Shown here in pieces: positions 18,345 to 29,004 of a DNA stretch of 64,000 bases. The translations under genes and the position numbers were made by a program. Positions within the stretch are counted from its first letter, which is position 1, and every line of letters begins with the position of its first letter. The stretch comes from Rebecca billardiae RCC1528 (taxonomy: Eukaryota; Protista; Haptophyta), in contig OZ251253.1 in the NCBI GenBank assembly GCA_965240325.2, positions 744,001 through 808,000 on the forward strand, in the 5' to 3' direction. Below the pieces are notes generated by a model, which searched no databases, had not been told where the DNA came from, and saw only the letters and a program-made list of their open reading frames with translations.

Positions 18345-21300
18345 TCACTTGGCGCGGTACCACGTCTTGTCCGTCTTCGCGTCGACGACGAGGTCGACGG
18401 AGAGCGGCGTGGAGAAGGGCCGCTCCATGCACGCCACCACCAGCGCGAGCGCCTCCTCCCTCGAGCCCTCGGGCCCCTCGAGGATCAGCTCGTCGTGCAC
18501 CTGCAGCACCAGCCGCCACCCCAGCTCGCGCAGCCGCGGGTGCGCGTCCACCTGGGGGCGGGGGGCGGGGCCGGCGCGCGCGCGGCGTGAGAAGGGGGGG
18601 GCTAAGGGTCGGGACGCGAGACGCCGCGCGAGCGCGGAGCCGCCGGCACCCCGCCGCCGCCGCCGCCGCCGCCGCTCGGCGCGGCGCGCACGCGCGCATG
18701 CGCGCGCGCCCGGCGGGTCTGACCACGCCCGTCCCCGGCCCCGTCTGCGCGCGCCGCGCGTGTGCGCACCTTGAGCATCGCGCACATCACGACATCGGCC
18801 GCGGTGCCCTGCACCGGCGTGTTGATCGCCGCGCGCTCGTTGTGCCGCCGCTCCGCCGCCGAGCGCGAGGCGATCCCGGGCAGCCTTCGGTACCGCCCGG
18901 TGAGCGTGCGCACGTAGTGCACGCGCCGCGCCATCTCGATCGTCTCCTGCTGCCACGCGCGCACCTCGGGGCGGTCGCGGTACCACAGCTCGAGGGTGGC
19001 CTTCGCCTCGTCCACCGACACCTTCCAGTCCGCCGCGAGCCCCTGCGCCGTCTTGCCGTACGCGATCGAGAAGTTGAGAACCTTCGCCTTCTTGCGCTCG
19101 TTGGCAAACTCGTCCTTCACCAACGGCTTGGACGCCTCGGCGGCGGACGGCTCGGAGGGGCGCTCGAGGAGGACGTCGCCGGACTGCACCGCGGCGGCGA
19201 CGTGGGCGTACATGCCCATCGCCGTGCGCGAGTGGAAGTCGCCGCCTGCGCGCGCGACGTCGGCCGGGGGGTCGGCGGCAGGGGGGGGGGCGGGCGGCGG
19301 GCGGCGAGCGTTGGCGTGGCGCCCCCCCCCCCCCCCCCCCCCGCTGCACGCGCACCGGCGGCGCGCCGCCCGCCGCCCGGCGCGCACCCAGCTCGAACGC
19401 CTCGCGCATCGACGCGCAGCCCGTCATGTGCGCCAGCAGCCGCAGCTCGAGCTGGCCGTAGTCCGCCACCACCAGCGCGTTGCCCTCCTCGCACGTGAAC
19501 AGGTCGCGGATCAGGAAGCGGTCCTGCGCGCGCGGCAGGCGCGGCAGGCGGGTAATGCGGGTAAGCGGGGTCATAGTGGGGGAGGAGGGGGGGGGGGTGT
19601 CGGTAGGGGGAGAGGGGAGGGGGCGGGGGTGGACGGAGGGCAGGAGGGCGGGGCAGCCACGCGGCACGCCGACGCCGGCGGCGGCGGCGTCGTGCGCTGG
19701 CCCCCGCGTGCGTGCCGCGCCGCGTGCGCGCGCGCTGCCGCGTGCGCCCCCCGCCCCCCTCCCCCTGCGCACGCCCCCCTGCCCGTTGCAGGCGCCTCAC
19801 CTTGTCGAGCGCCGGCTGGTTCTGCAGGTTGGGCCGCTGCGAGGAGAGCCGCCCCGTCTCGGTGTTCAGGTTGAGCGAGGAGTGCACGCGGCCGCGCGCG
19901 TCCACCAGCTCCCCCAGCGGGTGGATGAAGGTGCCGAGCATTGTGTCCAGCGCGCCCACCTGCGCAGCCGTGCGCGCAGATACCGCGCGGAGAGATACCG
20001 CGCGGAGAGATACCGCGCGGAGAGATACCGCGCGGAGACCGCGCAGATCGGGCGGAGGAGGGGCGAGGGGCGGGCGTGAGCGCGGCTTGCAGCCGACACG
20101 CCACCCCCGCCCCGCCGCGCGCGCCGCGCCGCGCGCGCTGCGTGGGTCTGTGCGCTGGCTGCGTGGGTCTGCACGGTGGCGCGCGCTGGCGCACAGTGGC
20201 GCACCTCCGTGAGCGCCTGCAGCGCGCCCTCCGCCTCGGCCGCGCCCTCCGCGCCGCGGGTGGCCTCGAGGTGCCGGCGCACGGCGCCCGACTTGACCAG
20301 CTCCGCCAGCGTCGCGGCGGAGGTGGACGGCGCGCCGCCCTGCGCGCCGCCGAGGGCAGCGGCGCGGTGGGCGCACCGCACGCGTGGGGCGCGCGGGCCG
20401 TGTGAGCGCGCGCCGCCGCCAAGCAAGGCCGGTGCGCAGCGCGCGGCGGCGGCGGCGCGTGCCTTGGTGCGCTTGGGCGCCGGCACGCCCAGCCCGGTCA
20501 GCGCGATCTCGGCGAACCGCCGGCGGCGCAGCGCCTTGAGCATCTGGCGCGCGCCGCGCACCGCGCACAGCGCACGGCGCGGCGCGGCGCGGCGCGGCGC
20601 GGCGGCGCGTGAGCTGCGGCCGCCGGTGGCGCGCAGCGCGAACGGACGCGCGGCGCGCGCGGACGCGCGCGCGTGGGCGCGCGCGCGGGCTTGCGTGCGC
20701 GCGGGCGGCACCTTGGCCTCCTGCGCGGGCAGGAACGCCTCCGCCGCCGGCGGCGGCGCGGCGCACGCCTCGTCCAGCTCGATCCCCGCGACGCTCGGCG
20801 GCGCGGCGCGCGCGCCCAGCCCGCCCGCCGCCGCGCGCGCCGCGTGCGCGGCGTGCGCCGCGTGGCAAGCGCCCCACGCGCTGTGGAGCTGCGAGAGCAG
20901 CGCGCGCAGCTCGGCCTCCATCGCGCCGAGGAGGTCGGGCGTGACCTCGACCTTGAAGCGGCGCACGGCCGGCAGCGCGCCGCCCTTCGCGCCGCCCTCC
21001 GCGCCGTCCCCGCCGCCCGTGGGCGCGAGGCCGAGCGCGGCCGGCAGCGGCAGATTGCAATCTCGCGCGCGCGGCACGCCGAGCGCCACGAGCGCGGCCG
21101 CGGGCGGGAAGGGCTTGGCGGCGGCGCGCACGACGGAGGGCGGGAGGAGCGGCGGCGGCGGCGCGCCCTCCCCCGCCGGCGGCGCGAAGAGCAGCTGCGC
21201 CAGCTGCGCGCTCGACCCGGGGTTCATCCAGCGCGCGTGCGCGCACTGCGCCCCCGCCCAGCGACGGAATGCCGCCTCCGCGTCCGCCAGCGCGGCCTCC

Positions 21301-22622
21301 GCGCCCACGCGCACGGCGGGGAGGCGGCCGACGTCGACCTTCATGCCGAGCGCCTCCATCTCGGTGAGCAGCTCGCCGAACGGCCGGATGTACGCCTCGT
21401 AGTACTCCGCCATGCTCCGCCCCTTCCCCCACGGCATCCCCGCCAGCCGCGCGCCCAGCGCCTCGCGCAGGTGCCACGTGGCGAGCGCGTCGTGTGCCGA
21501 GTACGCGATGAAGGAGGGGCGGGTCTCGGGGGCGAGCTGGAGGGTGAGCGGGTCCGGGAGGGTGAGCACCTTGGACGCGGAGCCGTCCGCCTTGGGCCGC
21601 GCCACGGCGAACAGCTCCTTCATCGGCCGCTTCGCCAGCGCGGGCAGCAGCGCCGCCGTGAGCGCCGCTAGCGAGTAGCCGGCGGGCGCGGCGCCCTCCG
21701 AGGCCGACGCGCCGCCGCCCTCGTCGGAGCCGGGAGGCGCCGAGCCGTCGTCGGCGGCGGCGGGGTCGGCGGCGGCGGGCGCGGGCGGGCGGCCAACCTT
21801 CCCACCCGCCCCGCCCCCAGCCCCCGCGCCCGCCGCGCGGCGCGTGAGCGACGAGTCCCAGAGCCGGGCCATGTGCATCGTGTCCGCGCCAAACCCGCCC
21901 AGCCTCAGGCCCTCGTTGGCGAGCACGTGCTTGTCGAAGCTGAGGTTGTGCAGCACCTTGCGGATGGCGGGGGAGGCGAGGTACTCGGCGAAGAGCGAGA
22001 GCAGCCCGCTCTTCTCCCCGCCCGCCCAGTTGTCCACCCACACGCACGGCCCGTTCCCAAAGTCGAGCCCCGGTCCGCAGTAGATTGAGAGACAGGTCAC
22101 GTGCCCGTTGCCCACAGGGCCCTGCTTCTTGATGTCGAGCGCGGTGGTCTCCGTGTCGATGGCGTGGTACGCGTCGGTGAGGGACATGAGCTGCGCGAGC
22201 ACGCGGCGCGCCTGCGCCTCCGTGCGCACCACCGTCACGCCCTCCACCGCCGTGTCGCTCCACGCGTCCGCGCGCGCGGCCGGCTCGACGGACGGCGGCG
22301 CGCCGGGCGGCGGGGGCGCACTCGGCGCGGGCGCCGGGGCGCGCTGGGCGGCGGGTGCGGGTGGTGTTCCCGTGATCGGCTGCCACTCGCGCGCCGCCGA
22401 CGTCGACGTCGCGAGCAGCCGCGCGCGCGGCGGCGGCGGCGCGGCGGCGGCGGCGGCGCGCGCCGCGCGCGGACCGAGCGCGGCCGCGGCGCCGCGCCGC
22501 GCGAGGCCGCGCCCCGCGCGCGAGGCGAGGGCGAGCGCTCCGGCGGGCGGCGCGGCGATCCACGCGAGCATCGCGCCCGCCATGAGCACGCGTGTCCAGC
22601 GCCGCAGGCCGCTCTTCACCAT
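18345..22622 (-). CDS. POP: Organellar family-A DNA polymerase (POP type), 7 exons, ~1034 aa
   Basis: Exonuclease motif AIDTET. Polymerase motifs TETGRLSS, NLQNQPA, ADYGQLELR, RKKAKVLNFSIAYG, QVHDEL. N-terminal signal/transit-like leader. Exons 22622-20712, 20543-20463, 20339-20205, 19959-19801, 19523-19388, 19245-18770, 18551-18345 join in frame. Confidence 0.92.
19978..20037. repeat. Intronic 15-bp tandem repeat (AGATACCGCGCGGAG)x4
   Basis: Four exact copies inside polymerase intron 19960-20204. Confidence 0.9.
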
Positions 22623-22829
22623 GCGGACACGTGCGCCCCGGCGGCGGCCACCCCCATCGTGCGAGGCGCGCGCACTGGCCCGCGCGCGGGCGCCTCCGCG
22701 AGGCGGGTAGCTCTCCAGCTCTGCGGCTCTGCGCACCCGCCCTGGCCGGACTCTCGTAGCTATTTCTTTTTTACTTTCTCGTCCGCCGGGCTGTACCGGA
22801 TGGATAGACGATGGAGACGGCGCGCGTCG

Positions 22830-23984
22830 TCAGCTGAGCGCGACGTGCGGCGCGCGCGCCTCGATGAAGGCGAGCACGTCGGCGTGCCCCGCGGTGCGCG
22901 CGCGCTCGTGGCAACGCGCCGGGTCGAACGGCGCCGCCGCCTCGTCCAGCAGCCAGCGCAGCACGCGCACGTGCCCGCCGAACGCCGCCGCCTCGGCCGC
23001 GTGGCCGTCGAGCGGCAGCCCGTCGCAGTGCGCGCGCAGGGCGCGCAGGGTGTCGAGGTGGCCGCCGCGCGCGGCGGCGGCGGCGGCGCCCTCGCCGACG
23101 GGGCAGCCCGCCGCGCGCAGGTAGAGCAGCGTCGCCGTGTGCCCGCGCTGCGCCGCCAGCTTCGCCGTCACCCCCGACCACGGCACGCCCCACTCGCGAG
23201 TCGCCCACGCGCACACGGCCGTGCGGCCCGCGCCCGCGGCACCGTCGCGCAGGGCGCGCAGCGCGGGCGCGGAGCGCTCGTGCGCGGGCACGCGCGGCAG
23301 CGCCCAGCGGCAGACGTGCGCGTGGCCCGCGCGCGCCGCCGCCACGCACGCCGCCATCGTCGGCGCCCAGCCGTGCACGCGCGCCAGCGAGACGCACGGC
23401 CGCAGCTGGCCGGCGGCACTCGCTGCCTCGCCGCACGCGCGCAGCCAGCCGGGGGGGGCGGCGGGCGGCGCGGGCGGCGCGTCGGCGGCGGGCGGCGAGC
23501 CGGGCCGCCGCTCGCACTGCGCGTGGGCCGTCGCGGCGGCCGCCGCCGCCGTCGCCACGGCGAGCGCGCGCATGTGCCCGCGCACCGCCACCGCCGAGCA
23601 GAGCGCTGCGTGGCGCGTGCATCGCCCACGCTCCAACGCCCAGCGCAGCCGCGCCACCGAGCCGCTCGCGGCCCAGCGCACGCTCGTGCGCAGGAGGGGC
23701 GCGTGCGGGCCGCCCTCCTGCGCGCACGCCGCGCTCCCGCCACCACCGCCGCCCCCGCCGCCACCACCGCCGCCGCCGGCGCGCTGCGCGGCGCGCGCGC
23801 GGCTGTAGACGGCATCTCTGAACGCCCTGCACACGCACGCGGCGGCGAAGAGGTCGTCGTCGGGCAGGTGCGCGACGACGTTGAGGAGCTCGTCGAGGCT
23901 GAGGAGGAGCCGGAAGGGCGAGCGCGCGCCGCCGCCCGACGCGTGCGCGCCGAGCCGCGTGCGCTTCGCGCCCGTGATGGCCAT
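22830..23984 (-). CDS. F-box-like plus ankyrin-repeat protein
   Basis: LDELLNVVAHLPDDDLFAAACVCRAFRDA, followed by repeats AAQRGHTATLLYL, AARGGHLDTLRAL and AAFGGHVRVLRWL. Confidence 0.8.
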   Translation of the reverse strand: MAITGAKRTRLGAHASGGGARSPFRLLLSLDELLNVVAHLPDDDLFAAACVCRAFRDAVYSRARAAQRAGGGGGGGGGGGGGGSAACAQEGGPHAPLLRTSVRWAASGSVARLRWALERGRCTRHAALCSAVAVRGHMRALAVATAAAAAATAHAQCERRPGSPPAADAPPAPPAAPPGWLRACGEAASAAGQLRPCVSLARVHGWAPTMAACVAAARAGHAHVCRWALPRVPAHERSAPALRALRDGAAGAGRTAVCAWATREWGVPWSGVTAKLAAQRGHTATLLYLRAAGCPVGEGAAAAAARGGHLDTLRALRAHCDGLPLDGHAAEAAAFGGHVRVLRWLLDEAAAPFDPARCHERARTAGHADVLAFIEARAPHVALS

Positions 23985-24285
23985 CGGCGCGGCTGCCACT
24001 GGCCTGCTGCGCTCGTTGGAGACGGGCGCGGGGTCGCGCCCGCCGCCGCCGCCCTGTGATGAGCTTGCGTGCAAGATTCCCCAAGCGCACTGCGCTATGA
24101 TCATGAGGAATGTCAAGGCCGCGGGATTCGTTCGAATAGCTAGGTCGCGGATTGATGAGCTTCCCTAAAGTACTCACAGTCATGAGCTTCCCTACTCATG
24201 AACAGCGGCTACTGGGACCAATGCGCAGGAAATCCGAACGGAGTAAAAACTAAAAAGGGCCGGAAAGCCGAAAACCACGTTTTCG

Positions 24286-26280
24286 ATGGCGGCGTGCCGC
24301 CGGCGCGCAGCGCTCGCGCTCGGCGTCGCGCTGGCGTGCGGCGTCGCGCGCGGCGGGCGGAGCAACCACCTGCTGCAGTGCAGCACGCCGCTCATCTCAT
24401 CCAGCTGCCACGCCACGCTCGAGGCCGAGCTGCTTGCCAACGCCAGCGCCGACGCGCGCGGCGCCGACGGCGTCGCGTGGGCGCGCCGCCAGCGCGAGCT
24501 GCACGACACGCGGCCGGGGCTGCACTGCCCGTACCCGTGCTGCTCGCCGCGCTGCGCGGGCTCGGCGACGAGCGGCGCCTTCGTCGCCGACACCTTCGTC
24601 CCCACCGGCGGCGCGTGCCACTTCCACTTCCACGGCCGCGCCGAGGCGCTCCGCTGCCTGCGCGGCACAGGGCTGCTCGTCGTCGGCGACTCGACGACGC
24701 GCGGGCTGGTGCTCGCGCTGCTGCAGCTGCTCGACCCGGCGCAGGTGGACCCGTTCGACCGGTTCGTGTGGTACAACGCGAGCACCGCGCCCGCCGACGC
24801 GATCAACGACGGCGTCAAGATCGGCTATCTCTCGTACGTGTGGGGCGCAGGCGCAGGCGCAGGCGCAGGCGCAGGCGCTGGCACAGCGGCAGCGGCAGCG
24901 GCAGGGGCAGGGGCAGGGGGGCGGCACGGGGGGCGCGCGCAAGGCCCAACCGGTGGGGGCGAGGGCGAGGGCGAGGATGGCGGTGTGGGGCCGCTGCTGT
25001 ACAAGACGGCGAAGGGGCGCGGCAACTCGAGCGTGCTGCCGATCGCGGCCGTGCTCGCCTCGCTGGAGGAGGCGCCGCCCCGCCCCGTGGGAGGGGTGCA
25101 GCTCACCTACGTGATGACCACGCACCTCTGTGCGCGCACGCACGCACGCGCGCACGCGCGCGCGCGCCATCGCACGCGTGCGCGTGCGCAGGGGAGCGCC
25201 CTGCGCGGCGCCGTGCGCGCACGCGGCCGCGTGCAGCCGGTTCCCCGCGCACGGCCGCGCCCAGCGCCCCTCCGCGCCCCTGCGCGCGCGCGGCGAGCCC
25301 TGACGCGCGCGCCCCGCCCCCGCCCCCCGCCGCGCGTGCCCTCAGCGCACATGCGCACCCAGCTGCACGCGCTGCTGCGCCACCCGCGCCAGCCGCTCTT
25401 CGGCTCCGCGCTGTACGCGTCCGCGGGCGTGTGGGACCTCGCGTGCCACGCGTCGCAGCGCAGCTGCCCGCCGGGCGTGCAGCGGCCGCCGAGCAAGGAG
25501 GCGATGCGCGCGCAGCTGCGCGCGCAGCTCGGCGCCACGCTCGCCGAGCTGCCGGGCCTGTGCGCGGCCGCGGCCGCGCGCTGCTCCTTCGGCAGCCTCA
25601 TCTCCTCGCCCAAGTTCAGGGCGGAGGTGCACGCGGCCAACGCGGTCGTGCGCGGCCTGCTGCTCGGCGGGGCGCACGGCGCGCGGGGCGCGGGGCCGGC
25701 CGAACGCGCCGACGGCGGCGGGGGCGGCGGCGGCCGGGCGGGCGGCGGCGGGTGCGCGGGCGCGGGCTGCGTGGAGCTCGTCGACAACGAGGCGCTGGTG
25801 AGCCTCAAGCGACACGGCTCGATGGGCGTGCACCAGAACCACCTGATGAACACCTGGCTGTACCAGCAGCTGCTCGGACACCTCTGCGCGCGCGCGCTGC
25901 CCGCGCCGCCGCGCCTCGAGTGCTCGGAGCTGCTCCGCTTCGGCCGCGCGTGCCGCTCGAGGCGCGAGGAGGGCGAGGGGTGGACGGCGGCGTGGCGGCG
26001 GCACTGCCCGTTCCGGGTGCAGTACCGGGGGCACGACGGGCTGTGGGCGCCCGCGGCGCAGGCGGGGCGGTGCGCGTGCGACGCGCGCGGCGGCTCCGCG
26101 CTCGCGCCCGGCGCAACCCCGGACGAGCCAGGGCCGCGCAGCGCGCGGCAGCGGCAGCGCGCGGCGTCGCGCGCCGACACGACGCGCGCGCGCGGCTCGG
26201 GCGCGGCGGAGGCGGCCGGCGGCGCGGGCGCGGCGGACGACGAGGCGGCGGAGGAGGACGGCGAGCAGCAGCAGCGGTGA
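24286..26280 (+). CDS. Secreted SGNH/PC-esterase-like protein; exons 24286-25129 and 25346-26280
   Basis: Signal peptide; Cys-rich region leading to CLRGTGLLVVGDSTTRG; SAGVWD; GVH near the C-terminus. 216-nt GT-AG intron. Confidence 0.7.
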   Translation: MAACRRRAALALGVALACGVARGGRSNHLLQCSTPLISSSCHATLEAELLANASADARGADGVAWARRQRELHDTRPGLHCPYPCCSPRCAGSATSGAFVADTFVPTGGACHFHFHGRAEALRCLRGTGLLVVGDSTTRGLVLALLQLLDPAQVDPFDRFVWYNASTAPADAINDGVKIGYLSYVWGAGAGAGAGAGAGTAAAAAAGAGAGGRHGGRAQGPTGGGEGEGEDGGVGPLLYKTAKGRGNSSVLPIAAVLASLEEAPPRPVGGVQLTYVMTTHLCARTHARAHARARHRTRARAQGSALRGAVRARGRVQPVPRARPRPAPLRAPARARRALTRAPRPRPPPRVPSAHMRTQLHALLRHPRQPLFGSALYASAGVWDLACHASQRSCPPGVQRPPSKEAMRAQLRAQLGATLAELPGLCAAAAARCSFGSLISSPKFRAEVHAANAVVRGLLLGGAHGARGAGPAERADGGGGGGGRAGGGGCAGAGCVELVDNEALVSLKRHGSMGVHQNHLMNTWLYQQLLGHLCARALPAPPRLECSELLRFGRACRSRREEGEGWTAAWRRHCPFRVQYRGHDGLWAPAAQAGRCACDARGGSALAPGATPDEPGPRSARQRQRAASRADTTRARGSGAAEAAGGAGAADDEAAEEDGEQQQR

Positions 26281-26500
26281 CGCGCCGACTGACTGCCTGC
26301 TGCATGCTTGTGCGCCTGTCGTCCGGGCCGCCGGGTTCATGTCCATGAAGACTGGCGGACCGGCCTTCACTGTTGTTGATCCGAGACCCCGATCAGCACG
26401 CGCCAACCCGAACCGCCGATTTGGCCGGGCCCCGACGCTCGTCCGACCGCGACCGACACTCGCGAGCACGTCCGTCATCCCGCTCATCCCCCCCGCCCTC

Positions 26501-27538
26501 ATGCGTCCCTTCACTTCCCGTGCGGCGGCCGGCCTGGCCACCCTCGCTCTCGCCGCGGCCCTTGTCGGCGTCGTCGCTCTTACGCTGGGTGGTGCCTCCC
26601 AGCCGACGCTGGCATTGGAGAAGGCCGAGCCCGTCAACCCCGGCGGCTGCTGCTGCCCGCAGGGCATCGCTGGCGCGGACATTTGCGACGCGCTGTGCAC
26701 GCCGGCTGGCGATGGCCCGTCACCTTGCCTCGCCAGCCAGATCTTGCTGACGAACTGCACCAACCCAAACTGCGGCGAGAGCGGCCCCAGCCCGACGCGC
26801 GCGGCGATCGCGCGCTCCAGCGCGCGGTACAACGTCGCAGCCAACTGTCCGACGTGGCTCTACACGCTCGCACTCAGCAACACGGGCATGCAAGAGAATG
26901 GGATCTGCGGGTTTGGAAACACCCTCGGAGAGTTGAGCTTCGCCGCCCCGCTCGCCCTCGCCATCACGTTCGGCGAGGACCTCGAGGACAGCAAGAAGAG
27001 CAACCTCACCTGCTGCTTTGTCGGCTCCATGGGGGAGCCGCAAATTGCCGGGACCGCTCCCTCGGGCACATCCACCATCGTGGTGCGTGCACGCCTGCGC
27101 CGCGCACCCCACGCGCACGCACGTCTGTGCAGTGGTGTCCGTGAGTGCTCGGGCGCATGCGCTTAGACGCCGTGCCTGTTGCGCGCCGCTGCGGCGCTGC
27201 GCGTGCGCGTGCGCTCCGCGCATCACGTGCTGCACCACCCACCTTGCCTGCCTACGACACACAAACAATACCAGTACGACGACAAGAGCCAGCTCAATTT
27301 CGCCAACGCTCTGGGCAGCGCCTTCACTCCGTTCACGTTCAATGCGCCCACGTACGTCACGTCCACGTGCAAGCAGGCGCAGGCGGTGGCGGAGTACACG
27401 GCGACATTCTTCCCCCCGAGCGCGAGCTACTGCACCTCGAAGGATATCCCAAGCGAGACCTTGTTCATGTCGCAGCTTGGCCCCGCGATGCCCCCGTCCA
27501 GCCCGCCGCCGCCGCCGGCATCGCCGACGGTGTCCTAA
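26501..27538 (+). CDS. Secreted or membrane-anchored Cys-rich protein of unknown function; exons 26501-27082 and 27275-27538
   Basis: Hydrophobic N-terminus, many Cys (GGCCCPQG, LTCCF), Pro-rich tail. Intron GTGCGT...CCAG joins two ORFs in frame. Confidence 0.7.
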
Positions 27539-27650
27539 GGAGACCAGAGAGCGCGCGCGGTGCTCTGACACCGCGCGTAGTCACTTCGGGCCATCCGGTC
27601 GCCGCCCGGACTACGTCAGACGACGCGTATACCGATATCGCGCGCGCGTG

Positions 27651-27842
27651 TACAGTTTACTAAGAATAAGAGACGCACACAGCTCAGGCAGGCGAGATTG
27701 ACGCCCGCCAACTGTCACCGCCCATGTCCATGAAGCCGTCGCCGCGATGGTAGCGCCGCCGGAAAAAATCGTTCAGCCGTCCCGCCGCCTGCCGCGCCTG
27801 CGAGGCCTGCGGACGAGGGCTGCGGCCGCCTCGCGGCGCGCG
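27651..27842 (-). mobile_element. Truncated inverted copy of the ~300-bp dispersed repeat
   Basis: TACAGTTTACTAAGAATAAGAGACGCACACAGCTCAGGC... is the reverse complement of the 3' part of 31959-32240. Confidence 0.85.
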
Positions 27843-28255
27843 GGCGCGCGCAATCCGGTATAGACGCGCGCATATAGTCGTATACGCGGCGACGTATACG
27901 TGATTAATGGCGGCGTATGTGTAGTCTCGTCGTCGCAGCATAGTATCGTCATCAGCGCAGCACAGCAGCGCACGCATTATACGCAGCAGCACTCACAGTG
28001 GACTCAACTGATGATGTATACTTAGCGACACGACGAGTAGAGTCAGTGGCACGTACGGTGGCACGCCACCGCGTACTACTAGTACTACCGTACTACGCTG
28101 CTGTCCGGACGGTCCGTACCCGCGATCCGGGGCAGATCGCCGTCGTCAGGCTCGCGTCGATCATCCGGATCGTCCCGGCGCCCGTACAGCTTGCTGCGCG
28201 CGGCATCGGCACGGTCAGCGCAGCACGGATCGAGCGACGAGCAGCACTCGGCGCG

Positions 28256-28258
<3 letters not shown>

Positions 28259-28293
<35 letters not shown>
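28259..28293. repeat. (TA)n microsatellite
   Basis: Directly visible. Confidence 0.9.
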
Positions 28294-28295
<2 letters not shown>

Positions 28296-28463
28296 CGCGA
28301 CGACTGCTATACGCCCACTCGTTGTCGCGTCGTCGCGTGGCGGCCACAGACTACGACTGGCGCGGCAAGGCACCGGACCGAACGCGGGTGAGCCAGCACC
28401 GCTGCCGGGAGACGCGTCCCGCAAAGCGCAGCATCGGCGTCGCGGGGCTGACACGCGCGCCCC

Positions 28464-28973
28464 TCAGAGCATCGGCGTACCCGCGAGGCCACCCGACGCG
28501 CCGCCACCGCCGCCGCCACCTTCACGGCCGCCGCCGCCTGCCGCCGTGCTGCCGACGGCGCCAGCGCTGCCGTGGCGGCGCGCGGCGCTGGGCGGCGCTG
28601 CGGCGTGGGGCGGCACACCGACCCCGGCGAGGGCGGGCTGGGTGGCCGGCCGCGCCGACGGCGCCGCCCCGAGCGCGCGCGCGAGCGGCATCCCAGCGCT
28701 AGCGGGCGCGGGCGCCGGCTGCTGCTCGCGCGGGAGCAGCCGCGTGGCGGCGCGCGCGAGCGTGGCAGCCAGCGCGCTCGGGGGCGCGGGCTCGGCGGGC
28801 CCAGCTGCGGCGCCGCCAGCGTCCGCGGCCGGGGCGGCGGCAGACGCTGCGCGCGTGTCGCGCCGGCTGCGCGGCGGCGTGGCGGGTGGCGTGCCCCACG
28901 GCTCGGCGTGCTCGCCCCGCGCCGCCAGCCCGCCGGCGGCGCCACCGCCGCACTCGAGATCGCCGCCGCCGTC

Positions 28974-29004
<31 letters not shown>

